This document shows positions 1 through 8,829 of a DNA stretch of 47,322 nt, piece after piece. Source of the DNA: Verrucomicrobiota bacterium (lineage in GTDB: Bacteria > Verrucomicrobiota > Verrucomicrobiia > Limisphaerales > JADJPG01); the NCBI GenBank assembly GCA_041166945.1, contig JBEEGQ010000425.1, positions 1 to 47,322 on the forward strand, in the 5' to 3' direction. The position numbers and the translations under genes were made by a program. Position 1 is the first letter of the stretch; each line of letters begins with the position of its first letter. The notes beneath the pieces were generated by a model. It saw nothing but the letters and a program-made list of their open reading frames with translations. It did no database searches and was not told the origin of the DNA.

Positions 1-2
1 CG

Positions 3-2021
3 TATTGCTGGGAGGAGCGCGATCGCGGCAGCGGACAGGCAATCACGGCAACCCAAACCGCCAGCCTTCCCTTGTTCCGATCCTTTCCACCCACATCCAG
101 TCCTGCGCGGACTTTTCCCCGCTGGACGGACCTTCTCAACAACACGGCCTCCGCAAGCGAAAGGCTTCCGACGCTCTCCCGCTCGATGAACTTTCGCGTC
201 ACCGCCCGCGACAATCGCGCGGGCGGCGGGGGTGTCACCACCGACGACATCATAGTCACCATCGTCGGGACAGCCGGTCCGTTCACGATAACCGCCCCCA
301 ACACGGCGGTGACCTGGTCCGGCTCGCAAACCGTGACCTGGAATGTGGCCGGCACCACTGCGTCGCCCATCAATGCCGCCACGGTGAACATCCTGCTGTC
401 GACCGACGGCGGCGTCACGTTTCCCTTCGTCCTCGCAACAAACACCCCCAATGATGGCGCCGAAATGGTCCTGCTTCCGAACGTTGCGACGTCGCAGGCA
501 CGGATCAAGGTGGCCGCGGTGGGAAATGTTTTCTTCGACATTTCAGACGTCAATTTCACCATCGCCAGTGCCATTCCGACCCCGCAGATCGCGTGGGTGG
601 GATCGACTCTGGTCGCTGAAGACTGCCTGCCTTTCAACGGGATTATTGATCCAGGCGAAATCGTGACGATGACTTTCGCCCTGCGGAACATCGGCTCGGC
701 CAATACCACTAGTATTGTGGCCACCCTCACGGCCAACGGCGGAATCGTCCCACTGAGCGGCCCTCAGAACTTCGGCGCGTTGCCGGCCGGTGGCGCATCC
801 GTCTCGCGACCCTTCACCTTTTTGACCACGGCCGCCTGCGGCTCGACGGCGACCGCGACGCTGCAGATTCAGAGCGGCCCCTTATTGTTCCCGGCCGTGA
901 CAAACCTCTTCACGCCCGGCGCACAAGTGCTCGCGACAAACTCCTTCGCCAACACCGCCGCGATCACGATCCCGTCGCACTTCGCCGCGACGCCTTATCC
1001 TTCGGCCATCAATATCTCGGGGGTCGCCGGCGTCATTACGAAGGTCACCGCCACCCTCAGCAACCTCACGCACACCTCAGCTGCCGATGTGGATGTCCTG
1101 CTCGTGGGTCCGGATGGCCAGAACGTTTTGCTCATGTCCGACACGGGCGGCGCTGTCGCGCTCTCGAATGTCACGCTCACCTTCGACGATGCGGCTGCCG
1201 GATCACTGCCCGCGAGCACCCTCATTTCGTCGGGAATTTATAAACCGACCAATGTTGCGCAGGATGAAACCTTTTCGGCGCCCGCGCCTGCCGCGCCCTA
1301 CGGGGCTGCGCTATCGGTTTTCAATGGACTCGGCGCCAATGGCGTTTGGTCGCTGTATGTTTACGACGATGCAAACCGCGATTCGGGGAGCATTGCCAAC
1401 GGCTGGCGGCTGACGTTCAATCTCCAAACGACGATCTGTTGCACGAATATCCCAGTGCCAGGGCTCTCCGTGGGCGACGTGGCGGTGATCGAAGGGAACA
1501 GCGGACGTTCCGAAGCGACGTTTCCCGTCCGGCTTTCGCGAGCTTCCGCGCAACCGGTGACCGTCAGCTTCAACACCGCCAATGGCACCGCGCTGGCCGG
1601 CGCCGACTACGTGGCCACCAACGGCACCGCGCAATTCGCTGTGGGGATCACCAACCAAAATATCACGGTGGGGATTCTTGGAGACATGTTGTTTGAGGGT
1701 GACGAAACCTTTTCAATCCTGCTCAGCGCGCCGGTCCATGCCACGCTGGCGCGCAGCCTCGGCACGATGACCATCCTGGACGATGAATCGAGGATCACGG
1801 CGGTCCCGGCGACGAAAGAGAGCCTGTGGCTGCGGTTCAACAGCGTCACCGGCGCCACCTACCGGGTTGAAAGTGCGGAGGCATTGCCGGCGACGAACGG
1901 GTGGATCCCTGTTCCTGGCGCGGCGCTGCTTCCGGGAACGGGCGGATTCCTCCAGGTCCTGGCCACCAATTCACCGGTGGCGCCGCACCGTTTCTATCGC
2001 GTCCGCCAACTCACGCCGTGA
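3..2021 (+). CDS. Secreted multidomain protein, 5'-truncated by the window edge: proprotein-convertase P-domain, Calx-beta domain, and a C-terminal beta-rich tail ending RFYRVRQLTP
   Basis: Frame 3 is open from nt 3, so the TTG at 72 in the ORF track is probably not the true start. P-domain-like motifs: 'AADVDVLLVGPDGQNVLLMSDTGG' and 'NGVWSLYVYDDANRDSGSIANGWRLTF'. Calx-beta-like motifs: 'VGDVAVIEGNSG..VSFNTANGTALAGADYVATNGT..GDMLFEGDETFSILL'. Stop TGA at 2019-2021. Confidence 0.8.
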   Translation, partial: YCWEERDRGSGQAITATQTASLPLFRSFPPTSSPARTFPRWTDLLNNTASASERLPTLSRSMNFRVTARDNRAGGGGVTTDDIIVTIVGTAGPFTITAPNTAVTWSGSQTVTWNVAGTTASPINAATVNILLSTDGGVTFPFVLATNTPNDGAEMVLLPNVATSQARIKVAAVGNVFFDISDVNFTIASAIPTPQIAWVGSTLVAEDCLPFNGIIDPGEIVTMTFALRNIGSANTTSIVATLTANGGIVPLSGPQNFGALPAGGASVSRPFTFLTTAACGSTATATLQIQSGPLLFPAVTNLFTPGAQVLATNSFANTAAITIPSHFAATPYPSAINISGVAGVITKVTATLSNLTHTSAADVDVLLVGPDGQNVLLMSDTGGAVALSNVTLTFDDAAAGSLPASTLISSGIYKPTNVAQDETFSAPAPAAPYGAALSVFNGLGANGVWSLYVYDDANRDSGSIANGWRLTFNLQTTICCTNIPVPGLSVGDVAVIEGNSGRSEATFPVRLSRASAQPVTVSFNTANGTALAGADYVATNGTAQFAVGITNQNITVGILGDMLFEGDETFSILLSAPVHATLARSLGTMTILDDESRITAVPATKESLWLRFNSVTGATYRVESAEALPATNGWIPVPGAALLPGTGGFLQVLATNSPVAPHRFYRVRQLTP

Positions 2022-2056
2022 AGGGCAAGGCGCAAGGCGCCTGCGCGCCCGTTGTT

Positions 2057-4510
2057 TTATTTCAGGTGCGATAATTTTCGCACCACCCATTCGACGGTGA
2101 CCACGGAGAGCATCAGGATGAAATAAAGCGGTGAGGCCCACAGTTCGACCTCCATTGGAGACTGCACGCGCTCTGTTTTTGCGCTGATCAATTCGGGCAG
2201 CTTGTGCAGGTCTTCCTCGCGAAAAAACTGGCCGCCGGTGGTGGCCGCGAGTTCCCTGAGCAATCCCTCGTTCATCGCCGTTTCGCCAAATTCGAACTTC
2301 GGCTCGCTGACATTGAAATCGAGCAAGGTCGCCGGATCGCTTTCGACCCAAAAGCTGTAAGCTCCGGCGGCGGGCGCCACGAACTCGCCACGATACATCG
2401 CCGGTTGCTCGGGGATCGATCGCAGGATGACCTCGGGCCGCGCGCCGCTCCCATTTTTCAATCCGAACGCGGCCTTCACTGACGGTTCCAGGATCGGGTC
2501 AAAACCGACTCCACTGTAAAGCCGCGCATAAACAGTCACGCGATCGCCCGTCAAATAATTCTGTCGATCGGTGGTCAGCTGAGTCCGCCGTGAAACGCCG
2601 AGCAGACGCTGGATTGAAACGCGTTGCGCGATCTGGCCCCACATCGCCGTGTAATAGAAGTCGCCGGCGTTCTTGCGCCAGCGCCAGGTGTTGTCGGTGC
2701 CAATATACAGGACCTGCCCGAGGCCATATTGCTGGACCGCGACGACGGGCATCTTTCCAAAGCGCGATTCCTTGGCGGGATCGGGATCGACCAGGAGCAC
2801 TTCGGCGGCGGGTTTCGGACGCGAAACCCGGGCCACCCAGTAAACCGGCGGGAGCTGCGCCCACAATTGCGCGTTCTCCTCGTCCTTGTCCGAAAATCGC
2901 AGCATGGCATTGGCTCGCCCCGCGGCGGTGAGTTGCAGTTTCACGGGCTTTTCTGCGATTGGATCCTGGCTGGATTCAAGCGTCGGCGGATCAAATTCCA
3001 CGGGCAAAAGCTTATCGATCGCGCTCCGCCGGTATTGTCCCGGCATGAAACGCTTTCCGGCCACCACCAGCAGACCGCCGCCAAAGTCGCTGACCAGCTT
3101 GTTCAAATTATCCTGGTGCTGCGCGTTCAGGATTTTCGGGTCCACATCACCCAGGATCACGAGATCATATTTGAAGAGCTCATCACGACGGGCGGGAAAT
3201 TCCGGCAAATAAGGGGAGTCGGCGACCCGGCTGATTCCCTTGTCGCCTTCGACCAGATAACATTTCAACTCCACGCGACGATCGCGCAACAGCATCGCCT
3301 GGAGATAACGAAATTCCCATCGCGGCGCCTGGTCCACGAGCAGAACCTTGATCTTCGCATCGATGACCTTCAATCGTTGCATCCGCGAGTTGTTGTCCTT
3401 CACGGTTTCGTCGGGGCGGGCCTCGATGCTGGCGGTCAGCTCGAACTCGCCGAGGCTTTGGGGTGTGAATTTCAACGCCACAACCTGTTCGCCGTCGCCG
3501 CTGAAATTGATGGTCCGGGTCGCCACGGTCTGGTCCCCGAGCTTCAGTTGCAGCTCCGCCGATTCCCCGGACAATCCCTGGGCGCGCACACGCACCGTCA
3601 CCGGCACTTCGTCCTTCACAAAGGTCACATCCGGCGCGAACAAATTCTGGATGATGATATCGCGCGGGCTGGTGATGCCGACGCCGTAGATGAACAGGGG
3701 GACATTCTCCTGCCGCGCGAGCGCCGCTGCGTCCCGGGGCTGGCTGCCGGAATTATTCACCCCATCGGTCACCAGGACGATGCCCGCCAGCGGCTGGCCG
3801 CGCTTGCGATTGAGCACCTCGCGGATGCCATCGCCAATCGCCGTCGTCGGGGCGGTGGCGCCGAGCCGGTCGACCCAGTCAAACTGGTCCACGGACACTG
3901 CGCCATCCTTTGCGGGCGAATTGGTTTCGGCCTTGCGCGCCGACAGTTCGGCGACCCCCTGGCCGAAGCTGAACGCCGACAGATCAAATTCCTTGTCGAG
4001 ACGCGGCAACAAATTCAGGCGCTCGTTCTTGAGAATGGCCTTCGTCAGGTCGAGCCGGGCGACCTGTTCGTATTCGCGCGCGTGGCTGCGATCGAGCGCC
4101 TGGTTCAGGCCGGCCCTGGGATCCAGCAGATTCCTCGCGATGGCCGCCCGCTTCTGATCGTTCGCGTCGAGACGCGGATCCTTAATTTGCATCGATGAAC
4201 TGCCGTCGAGCAGCATGACGAGCACGCGGCGGACGCTGCCTTCGACCGTGAATGCCAGCACCGGACGCAGCAGCAGCGCCAACAACAGCGCCATGAAAAT
4301 GACACGCAACACCGTCAGCGTGTGACGCCGCCATCGCGGGAGCGTCACCGGACTGGCCTTGTACATCCAGAACACCAGACCCGCGGCCGCTAAAACCAGC
4401 AGCACCCACCAACCTGTCCCCAGCCCGCCCCGGAATGCCAGGGACGCCTTGGCGATATGCACCGCGTCATTCGCGGGCACACCCAGGAGTTTGAGCAGGA
4501 GGTCGGTCAT
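2057..4510 (-). CDS. BatA_N (N-terminal double-transmembrane) / von Willebrand factor A domain membrane protein, about 817 aa
   Basis: The maximal ORF is 2057-4558. The likely start is the ATG at 4510 ('MTDLLLKLLGV'). Two N-terminal TM segments are followed by 'RVLVMLLDGSSSMQIKD', a VWA MIDAS-like DxSxS motif. The long C-terminal region has 'LLVDQAPRWEFRYL', typical of these Verrucomicrobia/Planctomycetes giants. It is convergent with the upstream + strand gene. Confidence 0.8.
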   Translation of the reverse strand: MTDLLLKLLGVPANDAVHIAKASLAFRGGLGTGWWVLLVLAAAGLVFWMYKASPVTLPRWRRHTLTVLRVIFMALLLALLLRPVLAFTVEGSVRRVLVMLLDGSSSMQIKDPRLDANDQKRAAIARNLLDPRAGLNQALDRSHAREYEQVARLDLTKAILKNERLNLLPRLDKEFDLSAFSFGQGVAELSARKAETNSPAKDGAVSVDQFDWVDRLGATAPTTAIGDGIREVLNRKRGQPLAGIVLVTDGVNNSGSQPRDAAALARQENVPLFIYGVGITSPRDIIIQNLFAPDVTFVKDEVPVTVRVRAQGLSGESAELQLKLGDQTVATRTINFSGDGEQVVALKFTPQSLGEFELTASIEARPDETVKDNNSRMQRLKVIDAKIKVLLVDQAPRWEFRYLQAMLLRDRRVELKCYLVEGDKGISRVADSPYLPEFPARRDELFKYDLVILGDVDPKILNAQHQDNLNKLVSDFGGGLLVVAGKRFMPGQYRRSAIDKLLPVEFDPPTLESSQDPIAEKPVKLQLTAAGRANAMLRFSDKDEENAQLWAQLPPVYWVARVSRPKPAAEVLLVDPDPAKESRFGKMPVVAVQQYGLGQVLYIGTDNTWRWRKNAGDFYYTAMWGQIAQRVSIQRLLGVSRRTQLTTDRQNYLTGDRVTVYARLYSGVGFDPILEPSVKAAFGLKNGSGARPEVILRSIPEQPAMYRGEFVAPAAGAYSFWVESDPATLLDFNVSEPKFEFGETAMNEGLLRELAATTGGQFFREEDLHKLPELISAKTERVQSPMEVELWASPLYFILMLSVVTVEWVVRKLSHLK

Positions 4511-4622
4511 CGGGCGCGCATGGTAGGGACAGATGAGGTTTAGACCAGAGAAATTCAACCAATCTCAAGAACGGATCGACGCCGGTTCGCGTGATTGCGC
4601 CAGGCGCCTCCACCGATTAAAA

Positions 4623-5837
4623 ATGGCGCGCATGTTCTGCTCATTCCACGCCTCCGGCCGCGCACGACACGCGGGCCGATGCCTCGCCGCGGCTCTCGCG
4701 CTCGGCATGGCGGGCTGCGATTCCCGCCAGCACGCCGGGGACGGCATCACCTACACGCACGATACGGTGACGCGCGTCCCATGGTCCATTCATGTTCTGA
4801 AGATTGATCGTTCGCGGCGCGATCTGGAATGGCACACGACCCTCGCCCAGGGTCATGTGGTCGGGTTGAGCACGCTCGTGCAACAGGTCCAGGCGCTGCC
4901 CCGCTCCCTCGGCCAACCGCTCGCCGCCATCAACGGCGATTTTTACATCGCGGATGAACGGAGCCCCTATGTGGGCGACCCGCGCGGCTTGCAGGTCCTG
5001 GACGGTGAACTCGTGAGCGCGCCGAGCGATCAGGCGAGCTTTTGGATCGACGCCAATGGCGGTCCCCAGGCGACAAATCTCGTCTCGGAACTGCGCGTTT
5101 TTTGGCCCGGGAAAATCGAACCCGCGGCGACGCCGTTGGGATTGAATGAAGAGCGCGCAAAAAACTCAGCCGTCCTCTACACGCCGCGATTTGGCAATTC
5201 GACACGAACCCGGGGAGGCGTCGAGCTGATCCTCGAACGCGATAGCGATGAAGCCTGGCTCCCGCTGCGGGCCGGTCTCGACATTCCCGCCCGAGTGCGG
5301 GAGGTGCGCGCGGGCGGAAACGCCCCACTCGATACCAATACGATGATACTGTCGTTGTCACCGGGTCTGCTCACAAATTTTCCCGCGCTTCTTCAGGTGA
5401 CAACCGGCGCGGTATTGCGTGTTTCCACTGCCACAATTCCCTCGCTGGCTGGCGTCAAGACGGCCATCAGCGGTGGCCATGTGCTGATTCGTGACGGCAA
5501 AAAAGTCGGGCTGGGCGTGCCGGATTCGAGGGATTTCAAGTTTCGATCCGTGCACGAACGGCATCCCCGATCCGCCGTGGGCTCCAACCGTGACCATTTT
5601 TTTCTGGTGGAAGTCGATGGACGTCAGCCCGGGTTGTCGATGGGGATGACCCTCTCGGAGTTGGCGGATTACATGTTGAAATTGGGATGTGACATGGCGG
5701 TGAGCCTCGATGGCGGAGGGTCATCGACGCTGTGGCTCCGGGGCAAGGTGGTCAACAGCCCGAGCAATGGCGGTCCGCGCTCGATCGCCAACGGCCTGGT
5801 AATTATTCGGAAACTTTCCGGGCCCGGCGAGCGTTGA
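4623..5837 (+). CDS. Phosphodiester glycosidase family protein (NAGPA/DUF2233-like), paralog 1
   Basis: The ATG at 4623 gives the signal/lipoprotein-like N-terminus 'MARMFCSFH..LALGMAGC'. Motifs: 'PWSIHVLKIDRSR', 'AINGDFY', 'HPRSAVG', 'FFLVEVDGRQPGLSMGMTLSELADYMLKLGCDMAVSLDGGGSSTLW'. The maximal ORF starts at 4533. Confidence 0.85.
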   Translation: MARMFCSFHASGRARHAGRCLAAALALGMAGCDSRQHAGDGITYTHDTVTRVPWSIHVLKIDRSRRDLEWHTTLAQGHVVGLSTLVQQVQALPRSLGQPLAAINGDFYIADERSPYVGDPRGLQVLDGELVSAPSDQASFWIDANGGPQATNLVSELRVFWPGKIEPAATPLGLNEERAKNSAVLYTPRFGNSTRTRGGVELILERDSDEAWLPLRAGLDIPARVREVRAGGNAPLDTNTMILSLSPGLLTNFPALLQVTTGAVLRVSTATIPSLAGVKTAISGGHVLIRDGKKVGLGVPDSRDFKFRSVHERHPRSAVGSNRDHFFLVEVDGRQPGLSMGMTLSELADYMLKLGCDMAVSLDGGGSSTLWLRGKVVNSPSNGGPRSIANGLVIIRKLSGPGER

Positions 5838-5992
5838 ACCGTTATTGCAATGACGCCCGTGACCTCGAAATGCATCGAGTGGCTGTCCATGAAAGATCCC
5901 GGAACGATAAGAAGGGTTGCACGGTCTAACCCGAAGTTGTCATTCTGCGGGTCCTGTCCTTCGCATGGACGTCGGTTGATGACCTGGACGAG

Positions 5993-7225
5993 GTGGCGGC
6001 GAGTTTTATGACTGTGGGAATGTGCGAGACAAGTCGATGGCGTTGGGGGTGGTGCCGTGCCGCGGTGCTTTCATTGTTCTGCTTAAGCCATCCCGCGCAC
6101 CCCTTGCAGGCCAGCGGCGACAAACCCGCTGTCACTGCTCCTGCCCCTCGCAGCCGCGGCATGTCGTATCTTCATGATATCGTCGAGGAGGAACCGTGGT
6201 CGATTCATGTTCTCAAAATCGATCGTTCCCGGACCGATTACGAATTTCACACCACGCTCGCCAAGGGCAGCGCATTGGGATTGAGCACCCTGAGCGAACA
6301 AATTAAATCGCTGCCCCGTGAATTCGGCCAGCCCCTGGGTGCGGTGAACGGCGACTTTTGGAAGGATGGACGCCAATATGACGGCGACCCCACCGGCTTA
6401 CAGATCCACGATGGCGAGCTGGTGAGCGGGCCGTGCGCCCGCGCCTGTTTCTGGATCGATCCCTCGGGCCAGCCGCACGCCACCAATGTCCTCGCGCAAT
6501 TCGAGCTCATCTCTCCCGAAGGACTCCACGTGGCATTCGGCTTGAATGAGGAACGAACCAATGGCGGCGCGGTTCTTTTCACGCCAACTTTTGGGACCTC
6601 GACGCACACACGGGGCGGCCGCGAATTGGTCCTCGAACCGGAGGGCCACCATCCGGCCGAATGGCTGCCCCTCCGCTCCGGCCACACATACTCGGCGCGC
6701 ATCCGTGAAATTCGAGAGACAGGCGACACGCCCCTCGAGCCGGGACGCGCGGTCTTGTCGCTGAGTTCACAGGTCTCCGAACGCCTCTCGCGCCTGGTGG
6801 TGCATTCGGTGTTGAAATTTACCCTGGGCACAACGCCCGACCTTCGCGGCGTAAAGACCGCCATCGGCGGCGGCCCGATGCTCGTGAGAGCGGGCAAAGC
6901 CGTCGTCTTCACCGGCTCCCAGCCGCGCCATCCGCGCACTGCCCTGGGATGGAATGACCGCTACTTTTTTCTCGTGGTGGTGGATGGACGCCAGTCTGGT
7001 TTGTCGGTTGGCATGTCCTTTCCCGAACTCTCCACCTATCTCCTCAAGATCGGCTGCACCGAGGCCATCAATCTCGATGGCGGCGGCTCGTCGACCTTTT
7101 GGGTCCGCGGCCAGGTGATGAACAGCCCCTGCCAGGGAAGCGAACGGCCCATGGCCAACGCGCTTGTCCTCGTCCAAAAGCCCAAAAACACCGGCGCTCC
7201 CCGCCCCCCCCTTCTCCAACCCTGA
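5993..7225 (+). CDS. Phosphodiester glycosidase family protein (NAGPA/DUF2233-like), paralog 2 (tandem duplicate of 4623-5837)
   Basis: It is block-for-block similar to paralog 1: 'PWSIHVLKIDRSR', 'AVNGDFW', 'HPRTALG', 'FFLVVVDGRQSGLSVGMSFPELSTYLLKIGCTEAINLDGGGSSTFW'. The start is ambiguous: GTG 5993, ATG 6008 or ATG 6020. Confidence 0.85.
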   Translation: MAASFMTVGMCETSRWRWGWCRAAVLSLFCLSHPAHPLQASGDKPAVTAPAPRSRGMSYLHDIVEEEPWSIHVLKIDRSRTDYEFHTTLAKGSALGLSTLSEQIKSLPREFGQPLGAVNGDFWKDGRQYDGDPTGLQIHDGELVSGPCARACFWIDPSGQPHATNVLAQFELISPEGLHVAFGLNEERTNGGAVLFTPTFGTSTHTRGGRELVLEPEGHHPAEWLPLRSGHTYSARIREIRETGDTPLEPGRAVLSLSSQVSERLSRLVVHSVLKFTLGTTPDLRGVKTAIGGGPMLVRAGKAVVFTGSQPRHPRTALGWNDRYFFLVVVDGRQSGLSVGMSFPELSTYLLKIGCTEAINLDGGGSSTFWVRGQVMNSPCQGSERPMANALVLVQKPKNTGAPRPPLLQP

Positions 7226-7393
7226 CGCATCATCGGATGCTCGACTCCCTTTCCAGCGCCCTGCCAAATTCGCGGGCGACGTCCGGCGTCCGGCATGCCG
7301 TCGTCTCGTCATGCGCCGCCGTTCGTACCCCCGCTCCTCATGACTTCAAGCTCCAACCAGTCCCGCAATCCAGGAACGCCGCCAGGTAACGCC

Positions 7394-8041
7394 ATGCGCG
7401 TCATTCTCGCGGGAGCTGTCATACTGGCCGCATGCGCGATAATATACTTTTCCTTGTGCCCGCTTCCGCCGCGATTCGACCGCGCGCCGCATCGGGGCCT
7501 CGGCGAGGTGCTCGGCGCTGAGGCGCTCAAACTTCGCGACGCCAGCAGCCGTTTCATCGTCATCATTCGCGATACCGAATCCTTCAAGGCGCCGGCTGCG
7601 ACCGCGGAACTGGAGGGCTTTCGACAGGCGCTAAAAAAAGGCGGCGCCAAAATCAGCTCTACCCACATTCTAAAGTTGGATCCATTGCGGGTCGTCGGCG
7701 TGCCTCCGGGCGATTTTTTTGAGCTCCTGCGAAAAAGTTCGGAATCCGATGTCATCGTCTCCTTTCAGGGCCCGCCCGCCCTCAGCCCCGAGCAACTGGC
7801 CAAGCTGGGCAGCAAACGACCTCACGTGCTGGCGGTCTGCTCGGGATCGTTGCCGCGACAAATCGATCTGCAAAAAATCTTTGCCCAAAAACTTCTTCAC
7901 GCCGCCGTGATCAGCCGTCCGGATGCGGCCTCACCTGCCGGCACGTCCCGAGGAGCGCGGGCCGCGTTCGATCGAATGTTCAAACTCGTCACGGAACAGG
8001 ACATCGACGACCTGGCGCCGGCGCGAGGATCCCATCCATGA
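7394..8041 (+). CDS. Hypothetical membrane-anchored protein (single N-terminal TM helix, alpha/beta-looking ectodomain)
   Basis: The ATG at 7394 gives 'MRVILAGAVILAACAIIYF'. The maximal ORF starts at 7295. Its stop overlaps the next gene's start as ATGA at 8038-8041, which suggests co-translation with the pseudopilin-like gene. I recognise no family motif. Confidence 0.5.
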   Translation: MRVILAGAVILAACAIIYFSLCPLPPRFDRAPHRGLGEVLGAEALKLRDASSRFIVIIRDTESFKAPAATAELEGFRQALKKGGAKISSTHILKLDPLRVVGVPPGDFFELLRKSSESDVIVSFQGPPALSPEQLAKLGSKRPHVLAVCSGSLPRQIDLQKIFAQKLLHAAVISRPDAASPAGTSRGARAAFDRMFKLVTEQDIDDLAPARGSHP

Positions 8042-8748
8042 AACCCTCCCCCGCCCTCTCAGGATCGGTTGCGGGAGATCAGCGCGGTTTTGCTCCGGCC
8101 GATTTGATGGTTCTGCTGGCGGTCGCCTCGATCCTGGGGGCGATTGCGATCCCGCTCATGGCACGAACCCGCTCCCGCGCCCATCTGTCGCAATGCCTGG
8201 CCAACGTGACTCAAATCAATCGCGCCATCCTGATGTATGCCGACGAACATCAACGGCGCCTTCCGCAGATGTCGAATTGTCCCGCGCCGGGCCACTGGTG
8301 GTTTTACAAGGAACAAGTCAAAAGTTACGCGGGCCTTTCCGGCGCCTCGTCGCGCGAGGACAAGGTGTTCGCGTGCCCGGATGATCGCGGCTACTCCGAT
8401 GGCGAAAAACCGCTGCCCTTCTGTTTCAGCAGAAAGCACGATTACACCAGCTATGTGTTCAACAGCGTCGACCTTCCCGGCATTCCCAATGTGGCGGGAC
8501 GCGACCTCTCCTCGATCCAGGAGCCGGCGCGCACTCTCCTGGTCATGGAATGGACCGCCCACGCGCCGCTCTCGTGGCATCACAGCTGCACCGGCCGCGC
8601 CAATACGCCGTTTTATAATGACGCCGAAAGCGTGGTCGGTTTTGCGGACGGGCATGTGGCGTTTATCCCCATCTATTTCGATGGCTCCAATCCCGCCTAC
8701 TCGCGCGAGCCGGTTTCCGGTTACGCATACAAGTACGGCGGCGACTAA
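8038..8748 (+). CDS. Pseudopilin-like protein with a degenerate prepilin N-terminus and an H-X9-DG-type C-terminal motif
   Basis: 'GFAPADLMVLLAVASILGAIAIPLM' resembles a prepilin cleavage/methylation segment, but Asp replaces the canonical Glu at +5. 'LSQCLANVTQINRAILMYADEH' is DUF1559-like. The C-terminal 'GFADGHVAFIP' fits the H-X9-DG family pattern. Confidence 0.7.
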   Translation: MKPSPALSGSVAGDQRGFAPADLMVLLAVASILGAIAIPLMARTRSRAHLSQCLANVTQINRAILMYADEHQRRLPQMSNCPAPGHWWFYKEQVKSYAGLSGASSREDKVFACPDDRGYSDGEKPLPFCFSRKHDYTSYVFNSVDLPGIPNVAGRDLSSIQEPARTLLVMEWTAHAPLSWHHSCTGRANTPFYNDAESVVGFADGHVAFIPIYFDGSNPAYSREPVSGYAYKYGGD

Positions 8749-8829
8749 AACTCGAACTTTCCTAGTTCGCAAAATAGGGTAGGATGTGCGCAAGCCTCGC
8801 TAGCCGTTAGCACTTACAAAGCATTTGTC

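Noticed and set aside
72-2021. I considered the TTG at 72 as the true start of the first CDS.
   Set aside because: The frame is open back to nt 3, and the upstream residues continue protein-like sequence. The gene is more likely truncated by the window edge.
2624-4198. This is a long (524 aa) + strand ORF antisense to the BatA_N-VWA gene. Similar long shadow ORFs occur at 8059-8793(-), 8842-9873(-), 13352-14212(+), 16880-17677(-), 17822-18604(-), 18617-19711(-), 20909-21556(-), 21508-22284(-), 23411-24274(-), 25176-25862(-), 34239-35009(-), 35830-36636(-), 36822-37463(-), 41771-42334(-), 43160-43744(-) and 45750-46427(-).
   Set aside because: All lie opposite ORFs with clear family motifs. 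Their translations are Arg/Gly/Ala/Pro-rich low-information sequence, typical of stop-poor antisense frames in high-GC DNA. None has a recognisable motif.
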